From NCBI GenBank assembly GCA_040767195.1, contig JAXGPA010000003.1, positions 192,001 through 256,000 of the forward strand: 64,000 bases of DNA, given 5' to 3'. Both the position numbers and the translations under genes were made by a program. Below, piece by piece: positions 39,227 to 50,511 of the stretch (positions are counted from its first letter, which is position 1; every line of letters starts with the position of its first letter). The stretch is from Syntrophales bacterium. GTDB lineage: Bacteria > Desulfobacterota > Syntrophia > Syntrophales > UBA6807. Below the pieces are notes generated by a model, which saw only the letters and a program-made list of their open reading frames with translations, was not told where the DNA came from and searched no databases.

Positions 39227-40390
39227 TTATGTTTCCTTTTCGATGTATTCCAGCGTTTTTTCCCGGCTCCACCGGTCCGCTTCGAGCACGTCCCCGATGC
39301 CGCGGGGCTCGAAGGCGGCATGGCTGTTCATGGTTTTCTCGATGAGCCGGGGAATGTCCGGAAAGGCGATTTTTCCGGAAAGAAACGCCTCCACAGCGAT
39401 TTCGTTCGCCCCGTTCAGAACCGCCGGCATCGTGCCGCCCTCGCTGACGGCCCGGAAGGCCAGCCCCAGGCAGGGGAATTTTTCAAGATCCGGCGGGTAA
39501 AACGCGAGGGGGCCCGTTTTCAGGAAGTCCGGGGCGAACCGTCCATCCTCCAGCCTCTCGGGATATCCCAGGGCGTAGGAAATGGGGACACGCATGTCCG
39601 GCAGTCCCATCTGGGCCAGAACCGAACCGTCCCGGAACTCCACCATGGAATGGATGATGCTCTGGGGATGGACAATCACGTCGATCCGGTCGGCGCCGAT
39701 ATCGAAGAGCCAACGGGCCTCGATGACCTCGAGCCCCTTGTTCATCATGGTGGCCGAGTCGATGGTGATCTTTTTCCCCATGATCCAGTTGGGATGGCGC
39801 AGCGCGTCGGCGGGGGTGATTTTCCCGAAGTCCTCTTTGGGAAAACGGAAAAAGGGTCCCCCCGAAGCGGTGAGAAGAATCCTTTTCAGCCGTTTTTTAT
39901 CCTGCCCTTCCAGGCACTGGAAGATGGCGCTGTGCTCGCTGTCCACGGGTACGAGGCGGACCCCCCGGGACTGGGCCCGGTCCATGACGAGCCGGCCCGC
40001 CGTGACGAGGGTTTCCTTGTTGGCCAGGGCGATGTCCTTTCCCGCCTCGATGGCCGCCATGGTGGGAACGAGGCCGGCGGCGCCCACCATGGCCGAGAGG
40101 ACCATGTCCCCCTCGGACAGGGAGGCCGCTTCGGCATACCCCGGCCCTCCCCACAGGATGGAAATCCCGCGGGCTTGCGCTCCCAGGGATTCTTTCAGTT
40201 TATCGGCATGCTCCTTGTCCATGACCGCCGCCACGGCAGGTCTGAAGGCCAGGATCTGCTCCCTGAGGAGGCCGATGTTCCGTCCCGCCGCGAGGGCGAC
40301 GACCCGGAACCGGTTCCGGTGCCTTTCGATCACGTCGAGGGCGCTCGTTCCAATGGACCCCGTGGACCCCAGTATGACAACGCCCTTCAT
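39227..40390 (-). CDS. dxr: 1-deoxy-D-xylulose-5-phosphate reductoisomerase
   Basis: LGSTGSIG, LANKE, PVDSEH, HPNWIMGKKITIDSATMMNKGLE. Confidence 0.96.
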   Translation of the reverse strand: MKGVVILGSTGSIGTSALDVIERHRNRFRVVALAAGRNIGLLREQILAFRPAVAAVMDKEHADKLKESLGAQARGISILWGGPGYAEAASLSEGDMVLSAMVGAAGLVPTMAAIEAGKDIALANKETLVTAGRLVMDRAQSRGVRLVPVDSEHSAIFQCLEGQDKKRLKRILLTASGGPFFRFPKEDFGKITPADALRHPNWIMGKKITIDSATMMNKGLEVIEARWLFDIGADRIDVIVHPQSIIHSMVEFRDGSVLAQMGLPDMRVPISYALGYPERLEDGRFAPDFLKTGPLAFYPPDLEKFPCLGLAFRAVSEGGTMPAVLNGANEIAVEAFLSGKIAFPDIPRLIEKTMNSHAAFEPRGIGDVLEADRWSREKTLEYIEKET

Positions 40391-41193
40391 CGAATCACCA
40401 GGATGATGTAGTAATAAACGAAAGGAACCATGAGTATGAGGGAATCCAGCCGGTCCAGGACACCGCCGTGCCCGGGGAAGAAGCCGCCCGAGTCCTTCAT
40501 GTCGGCGCCCCTTTTGATGGCCGACTCGAAAAGATCTCCCAGCTGGCAGAGAATGCTCCCTAAAAAAGCCAGGAGGACCGTGTCCAAGACGGAAACACCG
40601 GGAAGGAAGACGTATCGGAAGACGAGACACCCGAGGATGCTTCCCGCCACGAGCCCCAGGGTTCCCTCCACGGTTTTCCCGCCGCTTACGTTGGGCATGA
40701 GTTTGTGCCTTCCCCAAGTCCGACCCACGTAAAAAGCGGAAATATCGCCCGAAAAGGCGAGAACGACAATGAAGAAGATCCAGGCCGTTCCGCCGTCCAG
40801 GCCCCGTATCAACACGGCGTGGGAAAACAGAAAGGGCAGATAGACGACACCGAAAGTGACTTTCATGAGGTCGGCCATGTCCGGGAGAACGTCGCCGGCC
40901 CGGAAAAGATAGAGCAGGAAGAGAGCCGTGAAGAGGAAGACTGACGATGCCGTGAGGAGGGTCACCCCCCCCAGAAAGGACGACAGGGGCAGAAACAGGG
41001 CGGCCGCCAGGCCCTCCGCCCTTTCGAAATGACGGCCGTCGCCGAAAACCATGCGGTGGTATTCGAGAAAACCGCCGAGGAGCAGAAGGGTGATGAGTCC
41101 TGTGAAGATGAGAACGTTTCCGAAGAAAACGACGGCAAAGACAACGGGAGCGGCAATGATCCCGGTAATCCATCTTTTCGCGTGGGGGTTCAT
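40387..41193 (-). CDS. cdsA: Phosphatidate cytidylyltransferase
   Basis: KTVEG, GDLFESAIKR...KDSG...PGHGGVLDRLD. Confidence 0.95.
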   Translation of the reverse strand: MNPHAKRWITGIIAAPVVFAVVFFGNVLIFTGLITLLLLGGFLEYHRMVFGDGRHFERAEGLAAALFLPLSSFLGGVTLLTASSVFLFTALFLLYLFRAGDVLPDMADLMKVTFGVVYLPFLFSHAVLIRGLDGGTAWIFFIVVLAFSGDISAFYVGRTWGRHKLMPNVSGGKTVEGTLGLVAGSILGCLVFRYVFLPGVSVLDTVLLAFLGSILCQLGDLFESAIKRGADMKDSGGFFPGHGGVLDRLDSLILMVPFVYYYIILVIR

Positions 41194-41196
41194 AGG

Positions 41197-41934
41197 TTAC
41201 CTTGAAAGCTGGTCGCTTGTCCTCCCGAAACGCCTTTCCCGGTTCTGGTAGTCGGCGATGGCCCGCAGCAGGTGCTCACGGCTGAAATCCGGCCAGAGGA
41301 CGTCGGTAAAGTAAAGCTCCGTGTAGGCCATCTGCCACAGGAGGAAATTGCTGATCCGGTATTCGCCGCTCGTGCGGATCAGGATATCGGGGTCAGGCAT
41401 GGCGGCGGTGAAAAGAAAACGGGAAAAGGTCTCCTTCGTGATCTCCTCTTCCTTCAGCGTCCCGGCCCGGGACCGGCGCGCGATTTCTCTCGCCGCCGTG
41501 ACGATCTCGTCCCTTCCGCCGTAACTCAGGGCGAGGGTCAGTGTCATCCTGTCGTTTCCCTTCGTTTTGTCCTCTATTTCCGCCAGGGTCTCCCGGATGA
41601 GCGGGGGAAGCGCTTCCACGTTCCCGATGCTCCTGAGGGAAATCCCGTTTTCCAGCATCTCTTCCAACTCGGACAGGAGATACTCCCGGAGGAGCACCAT
41701 GAGGGCCGTCACTTCCTCCCGGGGGCGCTGCCAGTTTTCAACGGAAAAGGCGAAGAGCGTCAGGTACCGGACGCCGATCTCCCGGCAGGCACGGACAATT
41801 TCCCGGACCGACTGGGCCCCTTTCCGGTGACCCTCGATTCTCTTAAGCGAGCGCTGCTTCGCCCACCGGCCGTTGCCGTCCATGATAACGGCGATGTGTC
41901 TGGGGATTCTCTTCCCGTCTATCTCCATGGTCAT
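41197..41934 (-). CDS. uppS: Undecaprenyl diphosphate synthase
   Basis: HIAVIMDGNGRWA, FSVENWQRP, IRTSGEYRISNFLLWQ. Confidence 0.96.
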   Translation of the reverse strand: MTMEIDGKRIPRHIAVIMDGNGRWAKQRSLKRIEGHRKGAQSVREIVRACREIGVRYLTLFAFSVENWQRPREEVTALMVLLREYLLSELEEMLENGISLRSIGNVEALPPLIRETLAEIEDKTKGNDRMTLTLALSYGGRDEIVTAAREIARRSRAGTLKEEEITKETFSRFLFTAAMPDPDILIRTSGEYRISNFLLWQMAYTELYFTDVLWPDFSREHLLRAIADYQNRERRFGRTSDQLSR

Positions 41935-42175
41935 CGAAAATATCAGCCCCTGTCAGGCCTTGGGATGTACCACAGCCCATGGACATTTTCAAGGCATCTT
42001 TTCCCGGAAAGGGGACCAATCTTTTTGAGAAAATTAACTTTTTTTCGCTAATTCAACGACACCGGTGAAGACGGCCGCCGAACCGGGCACGCCCGGGGAC
42101 CGGCCTCGTTTCACCGACCGGCCCGTGGGGGAATCGAGGATAGAAAGTCGCCTTGAATTGTGCTATGAAGAGACG

Positions 42176-42436
42176 ATGAACAGCGAAAAACCGTCTCCCT
42201 GGCTGTGGTGGGGAACACATCTGGCGATTGCCGCCCTGACCCTTTTCTTTTTCGTCGAGGGCATCTCCATTCTCATCGGCTCCTACGGTTCGGACAACCC
42301 CCTCGTTTTCATCATGCTCTTTTTTTCCTCCAGCCTCATCATCATGATCAGCGCCGTGGGCTTTCTTTATCCCCTCATCCGCATTCTCCGGCGGCTGAGA
42401 GGCGAAAAACCGGGGCAGGGAGAGGGCTTGCCGTGA
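42176..42436 (+). CDS. Small two-TM membrane protein
   Basis: Two hydrophobic helices; directly upstream of the M16 pair. Confidence 0.6.
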   Translation: MNSEKPSPWLWWGTHLAIAALTLFFFVEGISILIGSYGSDNPLVFIMLFFSSSLIIMISAVGFLYPLIRILRRLRGEKPGQGEGLP

Positions 42437-42468
42437 AGACGGGCGGTTCCGCTCCCGAAGGGCATTTC

Positions 42469-43980
42469 ATGAAGAATAAGATACTCCTTCTTTTCGTCCT
42501 TTTTTTCCTCACCGCGACACCGTTCCTGCCGGAGGCCTTCGCCGAAAGCGACACCGTCGACCTGGGAAAAGCCGTCCGGAGGCACACCCTGTCCAACGGC
42601 CTCAGGCTTCTCATCGCCGAAAGACACCTGAGCCCCACCGTGTCCTGCTACATCCGCTACAAGGTGGGTGCCGTGGATGAACGGGGGAAAAGCACCGGGA
42701 CGGCCCACTTCCTGGAGCATCTCCTGTTTAAGGGAACGGAAACGATCGGCACGGTGAACTACGAGCGGGAGAAGCCTCTCCGGGCCCGGATCAGGAACCT
42801 GGTCCGTGAGTTGGACAGGGAAAAGAAAAAGGGTGTCCCGGGAGATGAGAAGAAAATCGAGTCCCTGGCGGCTGAGATCGCCGCCCTGGGGGAAGAGGCC
42901 GCCCGATGGACGAAGCCGAGCGAGATCGATCGTCTTTACACGGAAAGCGGTGCCGTGAACCTGAACGCTTCCACCGGTTACGACCTGACGACCTACCACG
43001 TGAGCCTGCCCGCCAACCGGCTCGAGCTGTGGGCCCGGATCGAGTCGGACCGTATGGCCGACGCCGTTTTCAGGGAATTTGAAAGAGAGAGGATGGTCAT
43101 CGAGGAAGAACGGCGCCAGACCGTCGAATCCGTTCCCAACCGCAGGCTCGTGGAACTCTTTTTAGGAACGGCCTTCATGGTACACCCCTACCGGCGGCCC
43201 ATCATCGGGTGGCCTTCCAGTATCCCTTTTTTGGACATCGACTACGTCGAGAGGTTCTATGAAACATACCACGTCCCCAACAACGCCGTCATCGCCGTCG
43301 TGGGCGCCGTGGACCCCGGACAGGTTCTCGAGATCGTGGAACGGTATTTCGGACGCCTCCCGGCCCGGGAGATCCCTCCCCGCGACATCCCCGGGGAGCC
43401 GATCCAGCGTGGAGAACGACGGGTCGAATACAGGGCGCCGGCGAACCCGAAGATCATTCTCGGATATCACAAGCCCACCCTCCCCTCTCCCGATGACGTC
43501 GCTTTCGACCTCCTCGACATCGTTCTAACGGGTGGAAGAACGGCCCGACTGCATCGCGTTCTTGTCGAGGAGGCCACCGTGGCTTCATCCGTCCAGTCGT
43601 CCAGCGGTTTTCCCGGGGTCCGGTACGACAACCTCTTTACCGTTTTCGCCACCCCCCGATCTCCCCACACCCTCGAGGAGCTTGAAAAAGCGCTCCTGTC
43701 GGAACTGGACCGCCTGAAAGAGGAAGCGGTGCCGGAGCGGGAAATCGAAAAAGCCCGGAACATCTACCGGGCCGGCCTCCTCCGGGAAATGCGCTCCAAT
43801 GCCGGTATGGCGGGGCTTATTTCCTATTTCGAGATTCTCACGGGAGACTTCCGCTTCCTGTCGGAAGCCCTTGAACAGGCAGAAAATGTCACCGCGGAAG
43901 ACCTGAAAAGAATCGCCCGGACCTTCTTCGTCGATGAAAACCGGACCGTGGCCATTCTCGCTGGGACGGGTGAATCATGA
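42469..43980 (+). CDS. M16 family zinc protease, catalytic subunit
   Basis: Signal peptide; HFLEH (HxxEH), NASTGYDLTTY, HPYRRPIIG. Confidence 0.9.
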   Translation: MKNKILLLFVLFFLTATPFLPEAFAESDTVDLGKAVRRHTLSNGLRLLIAERHLSPTVSCYIRYKVGAVDERGKSTGTAHFLEHLLFKGTETIGTVNYEREKPLRARIRNLVRELDREKKKGVPGDEKKIESLAAEIAALGEEAARWTKPSEIDRLYTESGAVNLNASTGYDLTTYHVSLPANRLELWARIESDRMADAVFREFERERMVIEEERRQTVESVPNRRLVELFLGTAFMVHPYRRPIIGWPSSIPFLDIDYVERFYETYHVPNNAVIAVVGAVDPGQVLEIVERYFGRLPAREIPPRDIPGEPIQRGERRVEYRAPANPKIILGYHKPTLPSPDDVAFDLLDIVLTGGRTARLHRVLVEEATVASSVQSSSGFPGVRYDNLFTVFATPRSPHTLEELEKALLSELDRLKEEAVPEREIEKARNIYRAGLLREMRSNAGMAGLISYFEILTGDFRFLSEALEQAENVTAEDLKRIARTFFVDENRTVAILAGTGES

Positions 43981-45380
43981 AAAAGGCGCTTCCGGTTCTT
44001 TTTTTTCTCGCGTTCTTTCTCCTTTCCTGTGGACCGGCGCGGCTCCCCGACCCCGAAAACATTCCCGCCCCCCCTCTCGAAGCCGACATGCCCCCGGTGG
44101 AGAAAATCAGCCTGGCCAACGGGATGACCCTGTATTATCTCGAGGACCGGGAACTTCCCCTGGCTTCCGTGTCCCTTCTCGTCGGCGCGGGCTCCGCCCT
44201 CGATCCCCCGGGAAAGGAAGGACTCGCTGAACTGACGGGCACGCTGCTGCGCACGGGGGGAACGAAGACGACAGGAAGCAGGCGGGTGGACGACGAACTC
44301 GATTTCATGGCCGCCGAAGTCACGGTGAGCGTGGAAAAGGAGATGACCTGGATCGACGCCTCTTTCCTCAGGGAAGACCTGGATCGAGGTGTCGATCTTC
44401 TCTCACGGATGCTTGTCGAGCCGGCCTTCGAGAAGGACAGGGTCCAACTGGCCAGAAATCTCAAGATCGAGGCCCTCAGGCGTATTCCGGACAACCCCTC
44501 GGGCATGGCCTTTCGTGAATTTTTCAGTGTTCTTTACGGCAGCGACCCCAGGGGGCGGCTGGAAACGAGGCAGACCGTCGAACACCTCGACCGGCCCGAC
44601 GTCCTTCGATTTTACGAGTCCCACTATTTCCCGGGGAACGTCCGGGTGGCCGTGACGGGAGACGTGACCCGGCGGGAAGCGGTTGAACTGGTTGAAAAAC
44701 ATTTCCGGCGCTGGAACCGTGCTGGCACCCGTTCCTCCCTCCCCGATCCCGCCCGTCACACGGGCGGAGGGGTCTATCTCCTCGAAAAAGACCTTCCCCA
44801 GTCGGTGATCGTCACCGGCCAGATCGTAGCGGGGAAAAGGGAGGACGACTACTACGCCTTCGAGGTTCTTGATTTCATTCTCGGAAGCGGGGGATTTCGC
44901 TCCCGGATCTTCAGCCGCGTCCGAAACACGCTGGGTCTCGCCTACAGCGCGGGAAGCTTTTACGTCCCCCGGGGAGGATATGGAATCTTCGCCGCCTATG
45001 CCATGACGAACGGCGGCGCCACCGCCCGGGTGACCGACGAAATCACCGGGATTCTCGAGTCCCCGGGCTTCCGATCCCTGAGCGGGGAGGAGATCGCCTG
45101 GGCCAAAAACGCCCTGGTCAACCAGTTCGTATTTTCCATGGCCTCCGCAGCGGGGATCGCCAGGCAATGGATGATCAATGATTTCAACGATCTTCCGGAA
45201 GATTTTCTGTCACGCTACGGGGAGCGGATCGGCCGGGTCACGCCGGAGGACCTGGAACAAGTATCCCGGAAATACCTCGGGGAAATAAAAAGGCCCATCC
45301 TGGTCTTAGGGAAAAGAGAAACCTTTGACAGGCCCCTTGACGCCTTCGGCACCGTCCATGAAATACCCGCTACCTACTGA
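43977..45380 (+). CDS. M16 family protease, non-catalytic lipoprotein subunit
   Basis: Lipobox LLSC; M16 fold motifs without HxxEH; SRIFSRVRNTLGLAY. Confidence 0.85.
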   Translation: MKKALPVLFFLAFFLLSCGPARLPDPENIPAPPLEADMPPVEKISLANGMTLYYLEDRELPLASVSLLVGAGSALDPPGKEGLAELTGTLLRTGGTKTTGSRRVDDELDFMAAEVTVSVEKEMTWIDASFLREDLDRGVDLLSRMLVEPAFEKDRVQLARNLKIEALRRIPDNPSGMAFREFFSVLYGSDPRGRLETRQTVEHLDRPDVLRFYESHYFPGNVRVAVTGDVTRREAVELVEKHFRRWNRAGTRSSLPDPARHTGGGVYLLEKDLPQSVIVTGQIVAGKREDDYYAFEVLDFILGSGGFRSRIFSRVRNTLGLAYSAGSFYVPRGGYGIFAAYAMTNGGATARVTDEITGILESPGFRSLSGEEIAWAKNALVNQFVFSMASAAGIARQWMINDFNDLPEDFLSRYGERIGRVTPEDLEQVSRKYLGEIKRPILVLGKRETFDRPLDAFGTVHEIPATY

Positions 45381-45405
45381 CGGCGGAAAACAGGAAGGAA
45401 ATCAC

Positions 45406-46650
45406 ATGATCGACGACGCCCTATTCGACAGGGTCTCCCGGCGGATCGACGCTTACCGGGAGGATATGATCGAACTCCAGAAGGCCCTGACGGCCATCCC
45501 GGCCCTGGGACCGGAAAACGGCGGGGACGGGGAATTCGAAAAGGCGAGATTCCTTGAATCCTACCTCCGGAGCGCCGGCTTCCGTGAGGTCCTTCACTGC
45601 GATGCTCCCGACCCCAGGGTCTCGTCGGGCCTGCGCCCGAACCTGGTGGTGCGGGTTCCCGGTAAAAGGGGAAAAAAGACCGTTTGGGTTCTGACCCACA
45701 TGGACATCGTACCGCCGGGGGAACGAAGCCTCTGGGAAGGCGACCCCTACGAGGCCGTCGTGAAAGACGGTAAAATCCGCGGGCGGGGAACGGAAGACAA
45801 CCAGCAGGATCTTGTCGCCTCCCTTTTCGCCGCCCGGGCCGTCATGGACGAGGGAATCGAACCGGATGCTTCCATGGGCCTCGCCTTCGTGTCCGATGAA
45901 GAGACGGCCAGTTCCTACGGGCTTCCTTATCTTCTCGAGACCATGGGGACGCTCTTCGGGAAAACGGACTGGATCGTTGTCCCCGATTTCGGCAACCGGG
46001 AGGGAACCCTCATCGAGGTCGCCGAGAAAAGCCTTCTATGGCTCAGGATCAGGACCGTGGGCCGCCAGTGCCACGCCAGCACGCCTGCCGAGGGCGTCAA
46101 CGCGTTCACTGCCGCGTCCCACCTGGTCGTAAAACTACGGGAGCTCTACCGCGTCTACGGCCATTCCAATCCTGTTTTCCTGCCTCCCGTGAGCACCTTC
46201 GAGGCCACGCGAAAAGAGGAGAACATTCCCAACATCAACACGGTTCCCGGCGACGACGTCTTTTATCTTGACTGCCGCATCCTTCCGGACTACACCGTGG
46301 AAGAGATCAAAAAGACGATCCGCGCCATGGCCGACGAGATCGAGCACGACTTCGGGGTCACCGTGGAACTCTCCCCCGTCCAGGAGCACCAGGCCCCTGA
46401 GCCGACAGCCCCCGACGCCCCCGTGGTTGTGGCCCTCCAACGGGCCTTGAAGAAGGTTTACGGTGTTGACGGCGTCCCCACGGGCATCGGGGGGGGAACC
46501 GTGGCGGCCTTTTTCAGGAGGGCGGGGTTCCCGGCGGTGGTCTGGTCGAAAACCAACCAGACCTTTCACCAGGCCAACGAGAGCTGCATCATCGACAACA
46601 TGTTGGGAAACGCTAAAATCTACGGGCACCTTTTTCTGCAGAAAGACTGA
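45406..46650 (+). CDS. M20 family metallo-hydrolase (ArgE/DapE-like)
   Basis: HMDIVPPG, GRGTEDN, DEE, HASTP, GIGGGT, HQANE. Confidence 0.88.
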   Translation: MIDDALFDRVSRRIDAYREDMIELQKALTAIPALGPENGGDGEFEKARFLESYLRSAGFREVLHCDAPDPRVSSGLRPNLVVRVPGKRGKKTVWVLTHMDIVPPGERSLWEGDPYEAVVKDGKIRGRGTEDNQQDLVASLFAARAVMDEGIEPDASMGLAFVSDEETASSYGLPYLLETMGTLFGKTDWIVVPDFGNREGTLIEVAEKSLLWLRIRTVGRQCHASTPAEGVNAFTAASHLVVKLRELYRVYGHSNPVFLPPVSTFEATRKEENIPNINTVPGDDVFYLDCRILPDYTVEEIKKTIRAMADEIEHDFGVTVELSPVQEHQAPEPTAPDAPVVVALQRALKKVYGVDGVPTGIGGGTVAAFFRRAGFPAVVWSKTNQTFHQANESCIIDNMLGNAKIYGHLFLQKD

Positions 46651-46670
46651 GGGAAAGGAAACGAAAGGGA

Positions 46671-46699
46671 TTGCGCCCTCCCGATGATGATGGTATCAT
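46671..46699 (+). promoter_or_regulatory. Putative sigma70 promoter of the phoH operon
   Basis: TTGCGC-17 nt-TATCAT with extended TG; implies a start codon downstream of 46698. Confidence 0.45.
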
Positions 46700-46724
46700 G
46701 CGAAAAAATGGGGAATTGGGCTTT

Positions 46725-47736
<1,012 letters not shown>

Positions 47737-47750
<14 letters not shown>

Positions 47751-50112
47751 GAAGACGCCGAAAGGCAATAAAAAACGAAACAGGGCCCGCCCTTTTCCCG
47801 GATCCCGGTTTCTCACGTCCGCCGGGTTCAGGGTGTTCATTCTCTTTTCTCTCAGCATAGCCCTGGCTTACATACTCAACCCCTTCCTCCCCGGGGCCTT
47901 TCCCCTTTTAAAATCCGGAACCATAGCCCCGAAGGACGTCAAGGCGGACAGGGATTTCCTCATGGAGGACCGGGCCTCCACGGAACAAAGACGTCTCGAG
48001 GCCGTCGAAACGGTCCCGCCGGTGTACGATTATGATCGGCAGGTTCCCACCGTGATCGGAATGGCCGTCGCCGGCGCATTTCTTGAAATGTCACGGCATC
48101 CCGCGGAAGGACCTGGGGAGAAAGGAACCCCGTCCGTCGAGGAAAAAAGAGAGCCGGCGGAGATGAAACAGGCCTTTGAGGCGCTTTCAGGCGTCACCCT
48201 CGGGGACAACGAGTTCCAGGCTCTCCATCGTTACGGCTTTTCCATAGACAGGCTGAACGATTTTGTACGCGTCATTCACGCTCCCTACCGAATGGGGCCG
48301 ATCAGCCCGGAGAGCCTGCCGACGGGCCGGAGCATTCTCGTTCGGGACATCAAGACGGAAAAGGAGGAATCCTGGGAAAACCTGAAAAACGTCCTCACTC
48401 TCGAAGCCGCAAGAAAACATCTTAGAGAATACGTGGAGCAGTACAGGGGACTGCCCGAGGATCTCCGGGAGGTTTACATCTCCATAGGAGGGAAGCTTCT
48501 CAGGCCGAGCCTGACTTTCGCCCGAAACGCCACGGAAAAACGGAAACAGCTGGCGGCGGAGTCGGTGAAGCCCGTTTTTTTCAAGGTCCAGGCGGGAGAA
48601 ATGATCGTTCGGGAGGGAGAGAAGGTCACCGCCGGTCACCTGGAAAAGCTGCGGGCCCTCGGCAGTGCTGAGAGGGACAATCTTGTTTCCCATGTTTTCA
48701 AGTCCGCCGGGACTTTTTTCATGATTCTTCTTTTTACCTTCCTTCTCTACCTCCTTTTGAGAACCGATCGGCTGTCCTCGGCCAAGAACAACCTGGACCT
48801 CCTTTTCCTGGCCGTTCTCTCCATTCTCATGGTTTTTCTCGTCGAAGGCGGCCAGTTTGTGGCGCGGTCCCTTACCGCCGCTTTTCCCAAGGTACCGCTG
48901 GAGGCCGCCTTCTTCGCCATTCCGTTCACCACGGGAACCATGATCGTGGTCATTCTTCTCAGGAAAAACGCCGGGCTCCTCTTCACGCTTTTCTTCGCCT
49001 TCCTGACGACTTTTCTCTTCGAGTCACCCTTTCGAATGTTCTTTTACGTCGTTACGGCGGGAATCGTCGCCGCCTTCCGGATGGCGGAATGCCATGAAAG
49101 ATCAGTCTTTTACCGCGCCGGAGCGGTGGTCGGCCTGGTCAACATGGCGGTGATCCTCTGTTTTTCCCTTTACGGCAACACGCTTTTGACCGTGGTGACG
49201 GTACCGGCACTGGCCGGTGGGTTTCTGTCCGGGATTCTTTCAGGAATCTTTGCCGGAAGCCTCGTTCCCCTTTTCGAATTCATTTTCCGCTACACCACGG
49301 ACATCAAGCTCCTCGAACTGGGCAACCTGAATCGACCCATATTCCAGCGGATGATTTTTCTCACGCCGGGCACCTATCACCACAGCATCATCGTGGGGTC
49401 CATGGCGGAAGCGGCGGCCGAGGCCATCGGCGCCAACGCGCTCCTGGCCAAGGTCAGTGCCTACTACCATGACATCGGCAAAATGAAAAAACCGCTCTAT
49501 TTCGTGGAAAACCAGAGGAAGTGGGAAGACCGCCACCAGAAACTGTCCCCCAAGATGAGCAGCCTCGTCATCATATCCCACGTGAAGGAAGGGTGCGAAA
49601 TGGCGCGGGATCTCCGTCTCGGCCGTCCCATCACCGACATCATCCGGCAGCATCACGGAACCCGTCTCGTCACCTACTTTTACGACAAGGCGCAAAAGGA
49701 TCGAGACCCATCCATCCGCTCCATTCCAGAAAGCGACTTTCGCTATCCCGGACCGAAACCCCAGACGAAGGAGGCGGCCCTTGTCCTCCTCGGGGACATC
49801 ATCGAGGCGTCTTCCCGGGCGCTCATCAACCCCACGTCATCGAGAATCCGGAACCTGGTGGAGAACAGAATCCAGGAAATCCTCAACGAGGGTCAGCTGG
49901 ACGACTCCAACCTGACATTCCGGGAACTGCGCATCATCGAGGACAGCTTCACCAGGATTCTCCTCGGCATCTTTCATCACCGGATCGATTACCCGGCGAC
50001 ACCGCCGTCGAAAACACCAAACGGGAAAAAGGAAAGGAATGGCCATCCATATCGACAACCGCTGGGGAAAAGCGCCGGTTTCTTTAGCGGCACTCCGTCG
50101 GGACCTCACTGA
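47737..50112 (+). CDS. 7TM-HD (HDIG) phosphohydrolase, PgpH-like
   Basis: Extracytoplasmic domain, multi-TM region, PGTYHHS, YHDIGK, SHVKEG, QHHGT, FRYPGPKPQ. Confidence 0.88.
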
Positions 50113-50488
50113 CGTTCTTCACACCCTGGCCCTGGAAAAGCGGGAACTCTCTCTCGTCCTCGTGGGTGACGAGGAGATTCGAACCCTCAATCGCCTGTAT
50201 CTCGAGCGGGACCGACCGACCAACGTCCTTTCCTTTCCTGCAGGAGAAGACAGGGGCGACCCCGGTCACCCTCTTCCCCTTGGGGATATTGTCATTTCCG
50301 TCGACACGGCGGCCCGGGACGCCGGTGAAACGGGAATCCCCCTTGAAGACGCCCTTCTTTTTCTCGTGATACATGGTCTTCTTCACCTGGCGGGATACGA
50401 TCATGAACGTCCGGGAAGCGACGAAGAGGCGATGAGAAAAAAAGAAAATGAACTCTTCAGGCGTTTGAGGGGCTATGAAATGGAATGA
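50039..50488 (+). CDS. ybeY: rRNA maturation endoribonuclease YbeY
   Basis: PTNVLSF, LGDIVIS, HGLLHLAGYDH. Confidence 0.95.
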   Translation: MAIHIDNRWGKAPVSLAALRRDLTDVLHTLALEKRELSLVLVGDEEIRTLNRLYLERDRPTNVLSFPAGEDRGDPGHPLPLGDIVISVDTAARDAGETGIPLEDALLFLVIHGLLHLAGYDHERPGSDEEAMRKKENELFRRLRGYEME

Positions 50489-50511
50489 GAGCGACCTCCC
50501 GGGTCGCCCAT

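Noticed and set aside
38300..40411. 703-aa plus-strand ORF (and similar shadows such as 27492-28988, 30879-32432, 13689-14981)
   Set aside because: Antisense to well-supported genes (rseP/dxr, metK, S1-like, CoA-transferase).
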